This document shows, in pieces, positions 8,547 to 17,216 of a DNA stretch of 43,376 nucleotides (its first letter is position 1; each line of letters starts with the position of its first letter). The translations under genes were made by a program, and so were the position numbers. The DNA comes from Candidatus Zixiibacteriota bacterium (GTDB lineage Bacteria; Zixibacteria; MSB-5A5; GN15; FEB-12). The DNA is taken from contig JBGSIV010000174.1 in the NCBI GenBank assembly GCA_041742355.1, forward strand, positions 1-43,376. The letters are read 5' to 3'. The notes beneath the pieces were generated by a model that saw only the letters and a list, made by a program, of their open reading frames with translations, did not search any database and was not told the origin of the DNA.

Positions 8547-9518
8547 ATGCCACAACCACAGACCAACCCTCCCTTCGCCATCGCAATTCACGGCGGCGCG
8601 GGAACGATTCTCAAAGCGAACATGACGCCCGAGCTGGAAGCCGCCTACCTCGACGGTATGCGGCAATCTCTCGCGGCCGGCTACGATATCCTTGACCGCG
8701 GCGGCGCGGCGCTCGATGCGGTCCAGGCCGCGGTAAACGCCATGGAAGACTCCCCGCTCTTTAATGCCGGCAAAGGCGCCGTGTTCACCCACGAGGGAGT
8801 GAACGAGCAGGATGCCTGCATCATGGACGGCCGCAACCTCGAAACCGGGGCAGTGGCAGTTGTGCGTCACGTGCGCAACCCGATCAACCTCGCGCGCAAG
8901 GTGCTCGAACACTCGAAACACGTGCTCCTGGCCGGAGAAGGGGCGGAAGCCTTTGCCCGGCAGCATGGGGTGGAACTGGTCGATCCCTCGTACTTCCACA
9001 CCGAGCAGCGGTGGCAGCAGTTGCAGCGGGCGCTCGACAAGGAGCGAGAAGCAGGGGGAGAGCAAACCCGGCTGGACCACTCCGACGACAAGCGGGACAA
9101 GATCGGGACTGTCGGCGCGGTGGCGGTGGACCGCGCGGGGAACCTCGCCGCGGCGACCTCAACCGGCGGCATGACCAACAAGCGCTTCGGCCGGATCGGC
9201 GACACGCCGATAATCGGCGCCGGCACCTGGGCCGACAACGAAACCTGTGCGGTCAGTGCGACCGGAGTCGGGGAGTACATGATGCGGCTGGTGGCCGCCT
9301 ACGATATCGCCGCGCTCATGAAGTACAAGGGCTTTCGCCTGATCGAAGCGGCCGACGAAGTGATCATGCGCAAGCTCACCGCCCTCGGCGGCGACGGCGG
9401 CGTGATCGCGATCGATCGCAGCGGGACAATCACCATGCCGTTTAACAGCCCCGGCATGTACCGGGGATACCGCTACCCGGACGAAGAACCGGTGGTGGCG
9501 GTGTATCGGGAGGAGTAG
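8547..9518 (+). CDS. iaaA: Isoaspartyl peptidase / L-asparaginase (Ntn hydrolase)
   Basis: IAIHGGAG, FNAGKGAV, GTVGAVA (catalytic Thr), ATSTGG, GRIGDTPIIGAG, SATGVGE. Confidence 0.93.
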   Translation: MPQPQTNPPFAIAIHGGAGTILKANMTPELEAAYLDGMRQSLAAGYDILDRGGAALDAVQAAVNAMEDSPLFNAGKGAVFTHEGVNEQDACIMDGRNLETGAVAVVRHVRNPINLARKVLEHSKHVLLAGEGAEAFARQHGVELVDPSYFHTEQRWQQLQRALDKEREAGGEQTRLDHSDDKRDKIGTVGAVAVDRAGNLAAATSTGGMTNKRFGRIGDTPIIGAGTWADNETCAVSATGVGEYMMRLVAAYDIAALMKYKGFRLIEAADEVIMRKLTALGGDGGVIAIDRSGTITMPFNSPGMYRGYRYPDEEPVVAVYREE

Positions 9519-9626
9519 CGGTCGGGCAGTGAAGTGACCGCGATCATGGGCGGCAGAATCTGCTTCCGACAATAGCCGTTGCGCAAAACCCGACCGGACG
9601 CGTTATTGTGGCCGAGGAGAACCTGT

Positions 9627-12383
9627 GTGAAACACCTGCACCGTCGGCCCCGCATCTTCGCGATTCTCGTCTGCACCCTGCTTGCCCTTCTATCACCCCT
9701 GCTCATACATGCCCAGCAGCCGGTGCCGGCTGATTCGGTGCCGCCGATTGAGACGTGGCTCTCGCCGCGCTCCCCCGAACCACCGCCGCTGCTGGTTCCC
9801 CCCGGCGTTCGGGCCCGGGACTCACTGGGTACGCAGGCGGCGCAGGTGCTGACCGGGAACCCGTTTCGGCAGGCAGTCCACCGGATCAACCAGATGTCCC
9901 TGGCCGTGACGAATGCCGGCGTGTGGGGGACGATCAACATGGTCACTCAGCCGATCGATTACTTCATCAACCGGGACATACGCCGCAACTGTGAATACCC
10001 GCGCAAATCGTACCGGGAGTACCTGGCCAATATCGACCTCTGGGTAGGGGCAAAACTCCGCCGGAGCGTCGGGGTATCGACTGGCCTGGCCGGCTCGTGG
10101 TGGGCCGACTACGCCATGAAGTTTTTACCGACGGGGTACCCCGGCACGATCACCGCCCGTTCCACCATCGAGCTGTACGGCGGCCCGCATGAAGATGCGG
10201 TTTCGGAAGAAGATTTCGCCTGCGAATACGTCGACAGCCTTATGGTGCTCTCGTACTACGATGGCTTCGAAATTGTGCCGAATGTCGACGCGCTCAAGGT
10301 CAAGGTCAGCCAGAAGTCCCACGCGTGGTCGTACACTTATGCCGAGGACATTATCTTCGTCGAACTGATGATCGAGAATGTCGGCAGCGAGATGCTGCGG
10401 GACGTCTATATCGGGCTGCATGCGGTGCCGAACGTTCACTACAGCTCGAACAACCTGTGCCGGGATGACGGCGAGATAGTGGGGCTGCTTCAGGGGGCCA
10501 AAGCGCCGTTCGGCTGCGGGTTTGTCGACACACTCGATCTCGCCTGGTTTGCCGACAACGACGGTGATCCGTGGGATGACGAGTTCCACCAGCGGCCGGG
10601 GTGGTGGCTGCCCCCGAACGCCTTTCAGTCCTGCACCTATGCTTCGATCGTCGGAGTGACAGGCATCATACCGCTCGAGACTCCCGGATCATCACCCCTG
10701 AAGTACAACTGGTGGACCTCCGGATTCGACTACTACGACGGCGACTGGTACCTCTACGAGGTGGAGCCGTCGCTCGATCCCGCCGTTCCCGCCCTGAGCC
10801 AGGAGCAGTGGGACTGGGGGGAGAACCTGTCGACCAAGCGCCAGTATCGCCGGCTCGGCACGCCCGAACGGGATTTCACCAGTTACCTGGCTTCGGTCAT
10901 ATCGTCGTCGCACCAGTCGGACTCGTGGCAACCGATCCCCTGGGGAATCTCAAATTCGATCGCGAGCGGCATGTCGGCGGATGTCCTCTTGTCATGGGGA
11001 CCGTTCACCATGTGGCCGGGCGCGAAAATCCCGTTGAGTTTCGCGGTGGTCGGCGGGGAGGGTTTCCACACGGAGCCGCGCAACGGCGTGAACCTGCCGC
11101 TCTGGCCCGACTGGTTCGAGAGGAACCTCGACTTCTCCGATATCGAGAAGAACACCCGCTGGGCGCAGTGGATCTTCGATAACCCCGGTTACGACACCGA
11201 TGGCGACGGCTACCTCGGGGAGTTCCGGGTGTGCGTGCGGGACTCCGCCATCGTGAACGGGGAGTGGGTGGTACAGAAAGCCGACACGCAGTGGTACAAG
11301 GGGGACGGCATTCCCGACCTGCGCGCCGCGCAGGAACCAACCAGCCCGAAATTCTGGCTTACGCCGGTGCGCAACGGGGTTCATGTCCGCATCAACGGCG
11401 AAGTCTGCGAAACCGAGCGGGATGTCTTCCTCCAGCGGCCTGATTTCGAAGGCTACCGGATATACCTCGGCCGCGACGAGCGGGAGGAGAGCCTCGCGAT
11501 GATCGGATCCTACGACGTGCGGAACTTCGACAAGTTCATTCGAATCAAGGCGGGAGCGGAACCGGTGTGGGTCTCCGCCGGCGTGCCGTTTACGCAAGAG
11601 GAACTGCAGTGTCTGTACGGCGCCGGACCGGACCCCTGCCATGACAGCACGTTCGCCCCCCTCGCGTATACGGTTCTGACGCCGTACCACCATCCGCGCT
11701 TCCCCAACGACTCGGTCTTCCGCTTCGAACCCCACGGCTACAACACCGAGGGCTCGCCGCAGGCCAATTCGATTACGAAGATCTACCCCGACCTGCCCGA
11801 CCCGCGGACCCTGCCGCCGGAGTCGATCACGCCGGATATGTACACCGACGAAGGATTCTTGAAGTTCTACGAGTACGAATTCACGATAGAAGGCCTTCTC
11901 CCCACCGTGCCGTACCAGGTGACGGTGACGGCATACGATTTCGGGAGCCCGGAGTCCGGGCTGTACCCGCTGGAGTCGGACAAGGTGGCGAACTTGCAGG
12001 GCGTGTATCCCCTGGCGGAATGGGACGATCCAATGGGGGTCAACGGCAAGGTATATGTCTACCCGAATCCTTACCTGATCGACGCCGACTACCGGGACCT
12101 GGGGCTGGAGGGACGCGGGCATGAAGATCGGTGGCGGGAACGGGTGCGGGCGATCTGGTTTGCCAATCTCCCCCCGAAGTGCTCGATCCACATCTACTCG
12201 CTCGATGGTGACCGGATTCGCACGCTCGAGCACGATGTCGACCCGAGTAATCCCGAACACAAGCGGGAGATGTGGGGCTTGATCAACCGCAACCAGCAGG
12301 TGGTGGAAACCGGGCTGTACTATTTCGTGGTGGAGATCCCGGGCGGGGTGACGCAGGTCGGGAAGTTCGCGATTCTGCGGTAA
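9627..12383 (+). CDS. Large secreted protein with T9SS-like/FlgD-Ig C-terminal domain
   Basis: Signal peptide ending IHA-QQ; Ca-binding-like DNDGD and DTDGDG; FnIII-like DFEGYRIY and YQVTVTAYD; C-terminal VYPNPY...IYSLDGDRIRTL...GLYYFVV...GKFAILR. GTG 9627 follows GAGGAG; ORF track start is 9579. Confidence 0.8.
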   Translation: MKHLHRRPRIFAILVCTLLALLSPLLIHAQQPVPADSVPPIETWLSPRSPEPPPLLVPPGVRARDSLGTQAAQVLTGNPFRQAVHRINQMSLAVTNAGVWGTINMVTQPIDYFINRDIRRNCEYPRKSYREYLANIDLWVGAKLRRSVGVSTGLAGSWWADYAMKFLPTGYPGTITARSTIELYGGPHEDAVSEEDFACEYVDSLMVLSYYDGFEIVPNVDALKVKVSQKSHAWSYTYAEDIIFVELMIENVGSEMLRDVYIGLHAVPNVHYSSNNLCRDDGEIVGLLQGAKAPFGCGFVDTLDLAWFADNDGDPWDDEFHQRPGWWLPPNAFQSCTYASIVGVTGIIPLETPGSSPLKYNWWTSGFDYYDGDWYLYEVEPSLDPAVPALSQEQWDWGENLSTKRQYRRLGTPERDFTSYLASVISSSHQSDSWQPIPWGISNSIASGMSADVLLSWGPFTMWPGAKIPLSFAVVGGEGFHTEPRNGVNLPLWPDWFERNLDFSDIEKNTRWAQWIFDNPGYDTDGDGYLGEFRVCVRDSAIVNGEWVVQKADTQWYKGDGIPDLRAAQEPTSPKFWLTPVRNGVHVRINGEVCETERDVFLQRPDFEGYRIYLGRDEREESLAMIGSYDVRNFDKFIRIKAGAEPVWVSAGVPFTQEELQCLYGAGPDPCHDSTFAPLAYTVLTPYHHPRFPNDSVFRFEPHGYNTEGSPQANSITKIYPDLPDPRTLPPESITPDMYTDEGFLKFYEYEFTIEGLLPTVPYQVTVTAYDFGSPESGLYPLESDKVANLQGVYPLAEWDDPMGVNGKVYVYPNPYLIDADYRDLGLEGRGHEDRWRERVRAIWFANLPPKCSIHIYSLDGDRIRTLEHDVDPSNPEHKREMWGLINRNQQVVETGLYYFVVEIPGGVTQVGKFAILR

Positions 12384-12456
12384 GGGTGAATACGCGTCTC
12401 CACGCGCCATCTATCCACACCCCCTCTATATAATGTGGAGAACCACAAGCGGCGCT

Positions 12457-12924
12457 ATGGTTTATACCGAATTCTCCGTTACTCTCCGTCAGGCTACCGA
12501 TGCCGATTTCCCCCTCGTCTACGCAATCAAGAAAGCCGCGATGCAGGGGCACATCGAGCAGGTCTGGGGAAAGTGGGACGAGCGATTCCAACAAGACTAC
12601 CACGAGAAGCACTTTGATCCGTCGGTCACTTGGATTATCTGCCTTGAGCAGAAGGAGATAGGGTACCTCGTTGTTCGGGACTACCCGGAGTATCGGAATC
12701 TCGAATCAATCCACATCCGTCCGGACTACCAGGGGCAGGGGATCGGAAGCCGGCTGATGAACGAGCTGATGGCGAAGGCGGGACAGGACGACAGGCCGGT
12801 GCGGCTGCATGTGCTCAAGATCAATCCGGCGGTGGGTTTGTATAAGCGGTTGAAGTTTCGTATCATAGGTGAGACCGACAAGCACTTCGTGATGGAGTGG
12901 CGGCAGGGGGAGGGCCAGGATTGA
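12457..12924 (+). CDS. GNAT family N-acetyltransferase
   Basis: IHIRPDYQGQGIGSRLM acetyl-CoA motif A, NPAVGLYKRLKF. Start 12433 or 12457. Confidence 0.9.
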   Translation: MVYTEFSVTLRQATDADFPLVYAIKKAAMQGHIEQVWGKWDERFQQDYHEKHFDPSVTWIICLEQKEIGYLVVRDYPEYRNLESIHIRPDYQGQGIGSRLMNELMAKAGQDDRPVRLHVLKINPAVGLYKRLKFRIIGETDKHFVMEWRQGEGQD

Positions 12925-12936
12925 GGGGAGGGAAGC

Positions 12937-13444
12937 GTCAAATCCCTCGCCGCGGCGGGTGATGGATTGAAGTGAGTAGTGGGGGCGACGATGGTTTTGT
13001 CGCAAAGGTTGGCAAAAGGGATTTGACCTACGGGCTACGGCTGGCGGATGGCGCACCAGTAGGTCAGGCCGTCGATCGCGGCACATGTGGACATGTGCCG
13101 CGCACAGTAGTTGGTAACCCGCAGCTCTGCTGCGGGAAGCCGGGATTTACATTCCTGATTGAGTTGGTAACCCGCAGCTCTGCTGCGGGAAGCCCGATAC
13201 AAATGCTCTTCCAGTAGGTCAAGCCGCTTGCGGCCTGGCAGCGACAAGTCAATGAGGAGCATTGCAGCACGGCAGGAGCCCCCGGGCTCCCACCACTGAC
13301 CTGAGGGTTGATTCAAATAGCCGGACGAGTAGGTCGGGTTCCAGAGCGAGCGCCGAAGGCGCGAAGCGGAGAAGCCCGACACCGACAGCTCAATGTCAAT
13401 CAAGTCGGGTTTCTCGACGCACCGCGTCTCGGAACCAGACCTAC
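12937..13444. repeat. Mosaic of REP-like palindromes including cassette copy 2
   Basis: GTCAAATCCCT (12937)...AGGGATTTGACCTAC (13031); palindrome 13077-13102; 33-nt direct repeat 13109-13141 / 13162-13194; C hairpin 13214-13240; A 13329-13381; inverted B 13404-13444. Confidence 0.85.
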
Positions 13445-13456
13445 AGAAGGACGCTC

Positions 13457-14353
13457 ATGGCTGATTACCGCAAATATCTCGACCCCGAGACTGTCTCCAA
13501 GCTCAAGGGCATGGAAATGCGGGCGCGAATGGTGGTGGAGGGATTTATCGCCGGCTTGCACAAATCCCCCTACCACGGCTTCTCGGTCGAGTTCGCCGAG
13601 CACCGCCAGTACATGCCGGGCGACAATATCCGGGACATCGACTGGAAAGTGTACGCCAAGAGCGACCGGTTCTATATCAAGCAGTACGAAGAAGAGACCA
13701 ACCTCAAAGCGTACCTGCTTCTGGACTGCTCGGCCTCGATGGCGTACCGGTCCGATGACCGGATCCGGAAGCTCGACTACGCCGGGCTTCTGTGCGGGGC
13801 GCTCTCGTACCTGATGTTGCGGCAGCGCGACGCGGTCGGCCTCGTCACTTACGACCAGAAGATCCGCCGATACATTCCGCCTCGGTCACGGTCGGGGCAC
13901 CTGCACGTCCTCCTAAACGAAATCGCCACCCAGACCCCCTCGGAGACGACCGACATTTCGGTCACGCTCCACGAGATGGCCGACCGGATCAAGCGGCGCG
14001 GGCTGGTGATTATTCTCTCGGACCTGATCGACGAGTCCGACAAAATCATTTCGGGGTTGAAGCACTTCCGGTACAATAATCACGAGGTGATCGTGTTCCA
14101 CATCCTCGATCCGCGCGAGCGGGATTTTGCGTTCCCGCGCGAGGCGGTGTTCAAGGATATGGAGACGGGGGAGGAGATCACGACCCAGCCGTTCCAGATC
14201 AAGCGGGACTTTGCCAAAGCGGTGGCGGCGTTTTCGCAGGAGATCGCGCAGGCATGCCGCCAGGGAGGCATCGATTACCATCCGATCGACACCTCGATGC
14301 CGTTCGACAAAGCGCTGTATGCGTTTTTGAGCAAGCGGGAGCGGTTATACTGA
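13457..14353 (+). CDS. DUF58 domain protein (MoxR-associated, VWA-like)
   Basis: GLHKSPYHGFSVEFAEHRQYMPGD.IRDIDWK, KQYEEET, LLDCSASM, IILSDL. ATG 13457 after AAGGA; the upstream ORF extension is REP sequence. Confidence 0.93.
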   Translation: MADYRKYLDPETVSKLKGMEMRARMVVEGFIAGLHKSPYHGFSVEFAEHRQYMPGDNIRDIDWKVYAKSDRFYIKQYEEETNLKAYLLLDCSASMAYRSDDRIRKLDYAGLLCGALSYLMLRQRDAVGLVTYDQKIRRYIPPRSRSGHLHVLLNEIATQTPSETTDISVTLHEMADRIKRRGLVIILSDLIDESDKIISGLKHFRYNNHEVIVFHILDPRERDFAFPREAVFKDMETGEEITTQPFQIKRDFAKAVAAFSQEIAQACRQGGIDYHPIDTSMPFDKALYAFLSKRERLY

Positions 14354-14622
14354 AGTGCACGCGGGGCTGTAAGCGTATTTGAGATACCGGCCGAATGCGA
14401 GTTGCCTGCCCTGGCATCGCATCTGACAGCGATATTCCCGGCAATTTCCGACCTTTTGCATTTTCCCTGTATTTTTTCCCGACTCAATACAGACTTGCCA
14501 TAAGATCCATTCTCTCGGCGAACCGATGCAGGGATCTCCGAGCAAATCACCTTGAATGTTGTTCTACCTGAGTCTGCAAGGGCATCCCATGGTCCAATAC
14601 ACACCATTTTGAGGGATTTGCC

Positions 14623-15546
14623 ATGAGCGAAACCTTTGATCTATCCACTGTTGCGATGGGTTGGCAACGCGACCTGCCCGATTTTCGCGACTACACGCCG
14701 GAATCGACCGAGGTTCCCGACCGTGCCGCAGCCCTCGGTAAGGTAGAGCCGGTCAAAGAGATGATCAGCCGGCTGAGGATCACGCCGAAGAGGGCTGCCG
14801 CGCCGATCCCCGCGGTGGTGGACCTGCGCTCCTGCTGCTCACCGATCGAGAACCAGGCGAGTCTTGGTTCGTGTACCGCCCATGCCGGGGTCGGCGCGAT
14901 AGAGTACTATGAACGCCGTGCTTACGGACGTCATATCGATGCCTCCCGACGCTTCCTGTACAAGACGACCCGGAACCTGCTGCACTGGACGGGGGATACC
15001 GGCGCCTATCTGCGGACGACCATGGGGGCTATGGCGCTCTTCGGGGTGCCGCCTGAAGAGTACTGGCTGTACAACATTCCCCAGTTCGATGTCGAGCCGC
15101 CCGCGTTCTGCTACGCTTTTGGGCAGAACTACCAGTCCCTGAAGTACTTCCGGCTCGATCCTTCGGGCACAGTGACCACCGATCTGCTTCACAGGATCAA
15201 GCTGTATCTCCACGCCGGCATTCCATCGATGTTCGGCTTCACGGTCTTCAGCTCCTACTCGCAGGCGAGTGCAACGGGAATGTTTCCGTTCCCGACTGCA
15301 AGAGATCGCGTTGTCGGCGGGCATGCGGTGCTGGCGGTGGGATACGACGACAAGAAGGTCATCAAGAATCAGCCCAGCGGTCCCGAAACCAAGGGAGCTT
15401 TGCTGATCCGCAACTCCTGGGGCACCGGCTGGGGAGATGCCGGCTATGGCTGGTTGCCGTACGAGTATGTCATCAAGCGTCTCGCGGTCGATTGGTGGGT
15501 GCTGCTCAAGAGTGAGTGGATTGACACCGGCGCTTTCGGATTGTAG
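14623..15546 (+). CDS. Papain-like C1 family cysteine peptidase
   Basis: GWQRDLPDFRD pro-motif, NQASLGSCTAH (catalytic Cys), GGHAVLAVGY (His), IRNSWG (Asn). Confidence 0.93.
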   Translation: MSETFDLSTVAMGWQRDLPDFRDYTPESTEVPDRAAALGKVEPVKEMISRLRITPKRAAAPIPAVVDLRSCCSPIENQASLGSCTAHAGVGAIEYYERRAYGRHIDASRRFLYKTTRNLLHWTGDTGAYLRTTMGAMALFGVPPEEYWLYNIPQFDVEPPAFCYAFGQNYQSLKYFRLDPSGTVTTDLLHRIKLYLHAGIPSMFGFTVFSSYSQASATGMFPFPTARDRVVGGHAVLAVGYDDKKVIKNQPSGPETKGALLIRNSWGTGWGDAGYGWLPYEYVIKRLAVDWWVLLKSEWIDTGAFGL

Positions 15547-15558
15547 CGGATACCTGCG

Positions 15559-15592
15559 GCCGGCGGGCCGAATCGCGCCCGCCGGCTTCCTT
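15559..15592 (+). terminator. Probable intrinsic terminator
   Basis: GCCGGCGGGC / GCCCGCCGGC 10-bp stem followed by TTCCTT, 12 nt after the C1 peptidase stop. Confidence 0.55.
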
Positions 15593-15690
15593 CCAGCTCC
15601 ATATCTTCCCCCCTTTTTCGTTGCTCCTTCTCCGTGCTATCGATTAGTCTATCGTAACACGATCGAAATCACATTCCTGGAGGATTGACC

Positions 15691-16680
15691 ATGTTACGTT
15701 TACTGATCGGCGGGCTTGCAGCAGCTGTTGCCATGGCAGCGGCTGCGGCCGAGCCCCCAGCAACCGAGCACTCCTTCATGCCCGTCGCGACCTACTCGAT
15801 CGTCTGCTACGACTCCGCCACCGGCCAGTTCGGCGCGGCCGTCCAATCGCACTGGTTCAAAGTCGACGACGTCATCTGGGCCGAACCTGGTGTCGGCGCA
15901 GTCGCAACCCAATCCCTCTCCGACTTTCGCTACGGCCCGCTCGGCCTGCACATGATGCAACTCGGCAAGACCGCCAACGAAGCGCTGATCGGGATCATCG
16001 CCTCCGACCCCGACAGCTCGGTTCGTCAGGTTGCGATGATCGACACGCACGGCAATGTCGCCACCCACACCGGGAGCCACTGTATCGCCGAGGCGGGGCA
16101 CCATATCGGCGCCAACTACTCGGTGCAGGCGAACCTGATGGAGAAGAACACGGTGTGGGACGCCATGGCCAAGGCGTTCGAATCCACCGAGGGGGATCTG
16201 GCCGAGCGGATGATGGCGGCGCTCGAAGCGGCCCAGAACGAAGGCGGCGACATCCGTGGGATGCAGTCGGCGGCGATGGTCGTGGTGCGCGGAGAACCGA
16301 CCGGCAGCCCCTGGGCGGACAAGCTGGTCGATGTCCGCGTGGATGATTCGCCGCAACCGCTGGTCGAACTGCGGCGCCTGCTCAACATCTCCCGCGCGTA
16401 CGACCACATGAACGCCGGGGATGTCGCGATCACCGAGAAGGATTTCGCGCTGGCCGAAGAGGAGTATGCACAGGCGGCCAAACTGGCGCCGGGGAACCTC
16501 GAGATCCGCTACTGGCAGGCGGTCTCGTTGGTCGGGGCGGGAGAAGTCGATCGGGCGCTGCCGATTTTCAGGGAGGTCTTCAAGGCCGACCCGAAGTGGA
16601 AGACCCTGACCCCGCGGCTGGTGAAGTCGGAGCTGCTGCCGGATGATCCTGCTGTGCTGGAACGAATCATGGCGCAGTGA
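15691..16680 (+). CDS. DUF1028 Ntn-hydrolase-like protein with C-terminal TPR, secreted
   Basis: Signal peptide, then TYSIV...GAAVQSH...GVGAVATQ, RQVA, QANLM, GGDIRGMQSAA, VRVDDSPQP; helical TPR-like tail; GGAGG RBS. Confidence 0.88.
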   Translation: MLRLLIGGLAAAVAMAAAAAEPPATEHSFMPVATYSIVCYDSATGQFGAAVQSHWFKVDDVIWAEPGVGAVATQSLSDFRYGPLGLHMMQLGKTANEALIGIIASDPDSSVRQVAMIDTHGNVATHTGSHCIAEAGHHIGANYSVQANLMEKNTVWDAMAKAFESTEGDLAERMMAALEAAQNEGGDIRGMQSAAMVVVRGEPTGSPWADKLVDVRVDDSPQPLVELRRLLNISRAYDHMNAGDVAITEKDFALAEEEYAQAAKLAPGNLEIRYWQAVSLVGAGEVDRALPIFREVFKADPKWKTLTPRLVKSELLPDDPAVLERIMAQ

Positions 16681-16833
16681 GGCGTGCCGTCCGGTTTGAG
16701 TTGTCGACAACTTCGGAGCAGATAGAAAGAACCTCTCCCCGACGGGTGTGTTACATTCCTACAGAAGGGGTTTGCAGAATGAGCTGCCCGTATGGTGCCG
16801 GCAGTCATTGCGCGGAAGTCATCCTCCGACTGA

Positions 16834-16910
16834 CCGACAGTCACTCCGGCCGACAGTCACTCTGGCTGACAGCCATTCTGGCCGACAGTCACTCTGGCTG
16901 ACAGTCATTG
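16834..16910 (+). repeat. 16-bp tandem repeat, 4 full units plus one partial
   Basis: CCGACAGTCACTCCGG / CCGACAGTCACTCTGG / CTGACAGCCATTCTGG / CCGACAGTCACTCTGG / CTGACAGTCATTG. Confidence 0.9.
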
Positions 16911-17168
16911 CGAGGAGCGGAGCGACGAAGCAATCTCTCTTCAGTAGGTCAGGCTGCTTGCAGCCTGACACGGCCCAGGTCGGGTTCCGGAGGAAGAGTA
17001 GGTCGGGTTCCGGAGCGAGCGCCGAAGGCGCGACGCGGAGAAACCCGACAGACGACAAGTGTATCGTCGCCAGCTCGGTTTCTCGGGGTCTTCGCTCCCT
17101 CGGACCTACAAGATCCTCGCAAGTGTCAGGCGAGGTCGCCTGACACCACTGAGATACACCACTGAGAT
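16904..17168. repeat. REP-like mosaic including cassette copy 3
   Basis: GTCATTGCGAGGAGCGGAGCGACGAAGCAATCTC from 16904; C hairpin 16944-16970; partial A 16977-16992; A 16998-17050; inverted B 17075-17109; palindrome TGTCAGGCGAGGTCGCCTGACA 17124-17145; ACACCACTGAGAT twice (17143-17168). Confidence 0.85.
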
Positions 17169-17216
17169 TGCTTCCCGCCGGACAGCAGTTGCACAATCGG
17201 ATACAAGGAGAAACGC

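Noticed and set aside
12411..12419. Isolated DnaA-box-like 9-mers (CTATCCACA here, ATATCCACA at 1091)
   Set aside because: Single one-mismatch hits are expected by chance and are not clustered.
16834..16910. Possible CRISPR or coding repeat (ORFs 16677-16901, 16748-17143)
   Set aside because: Units are contiguous with no spacers; the ORFs are translations of repeat DNA.
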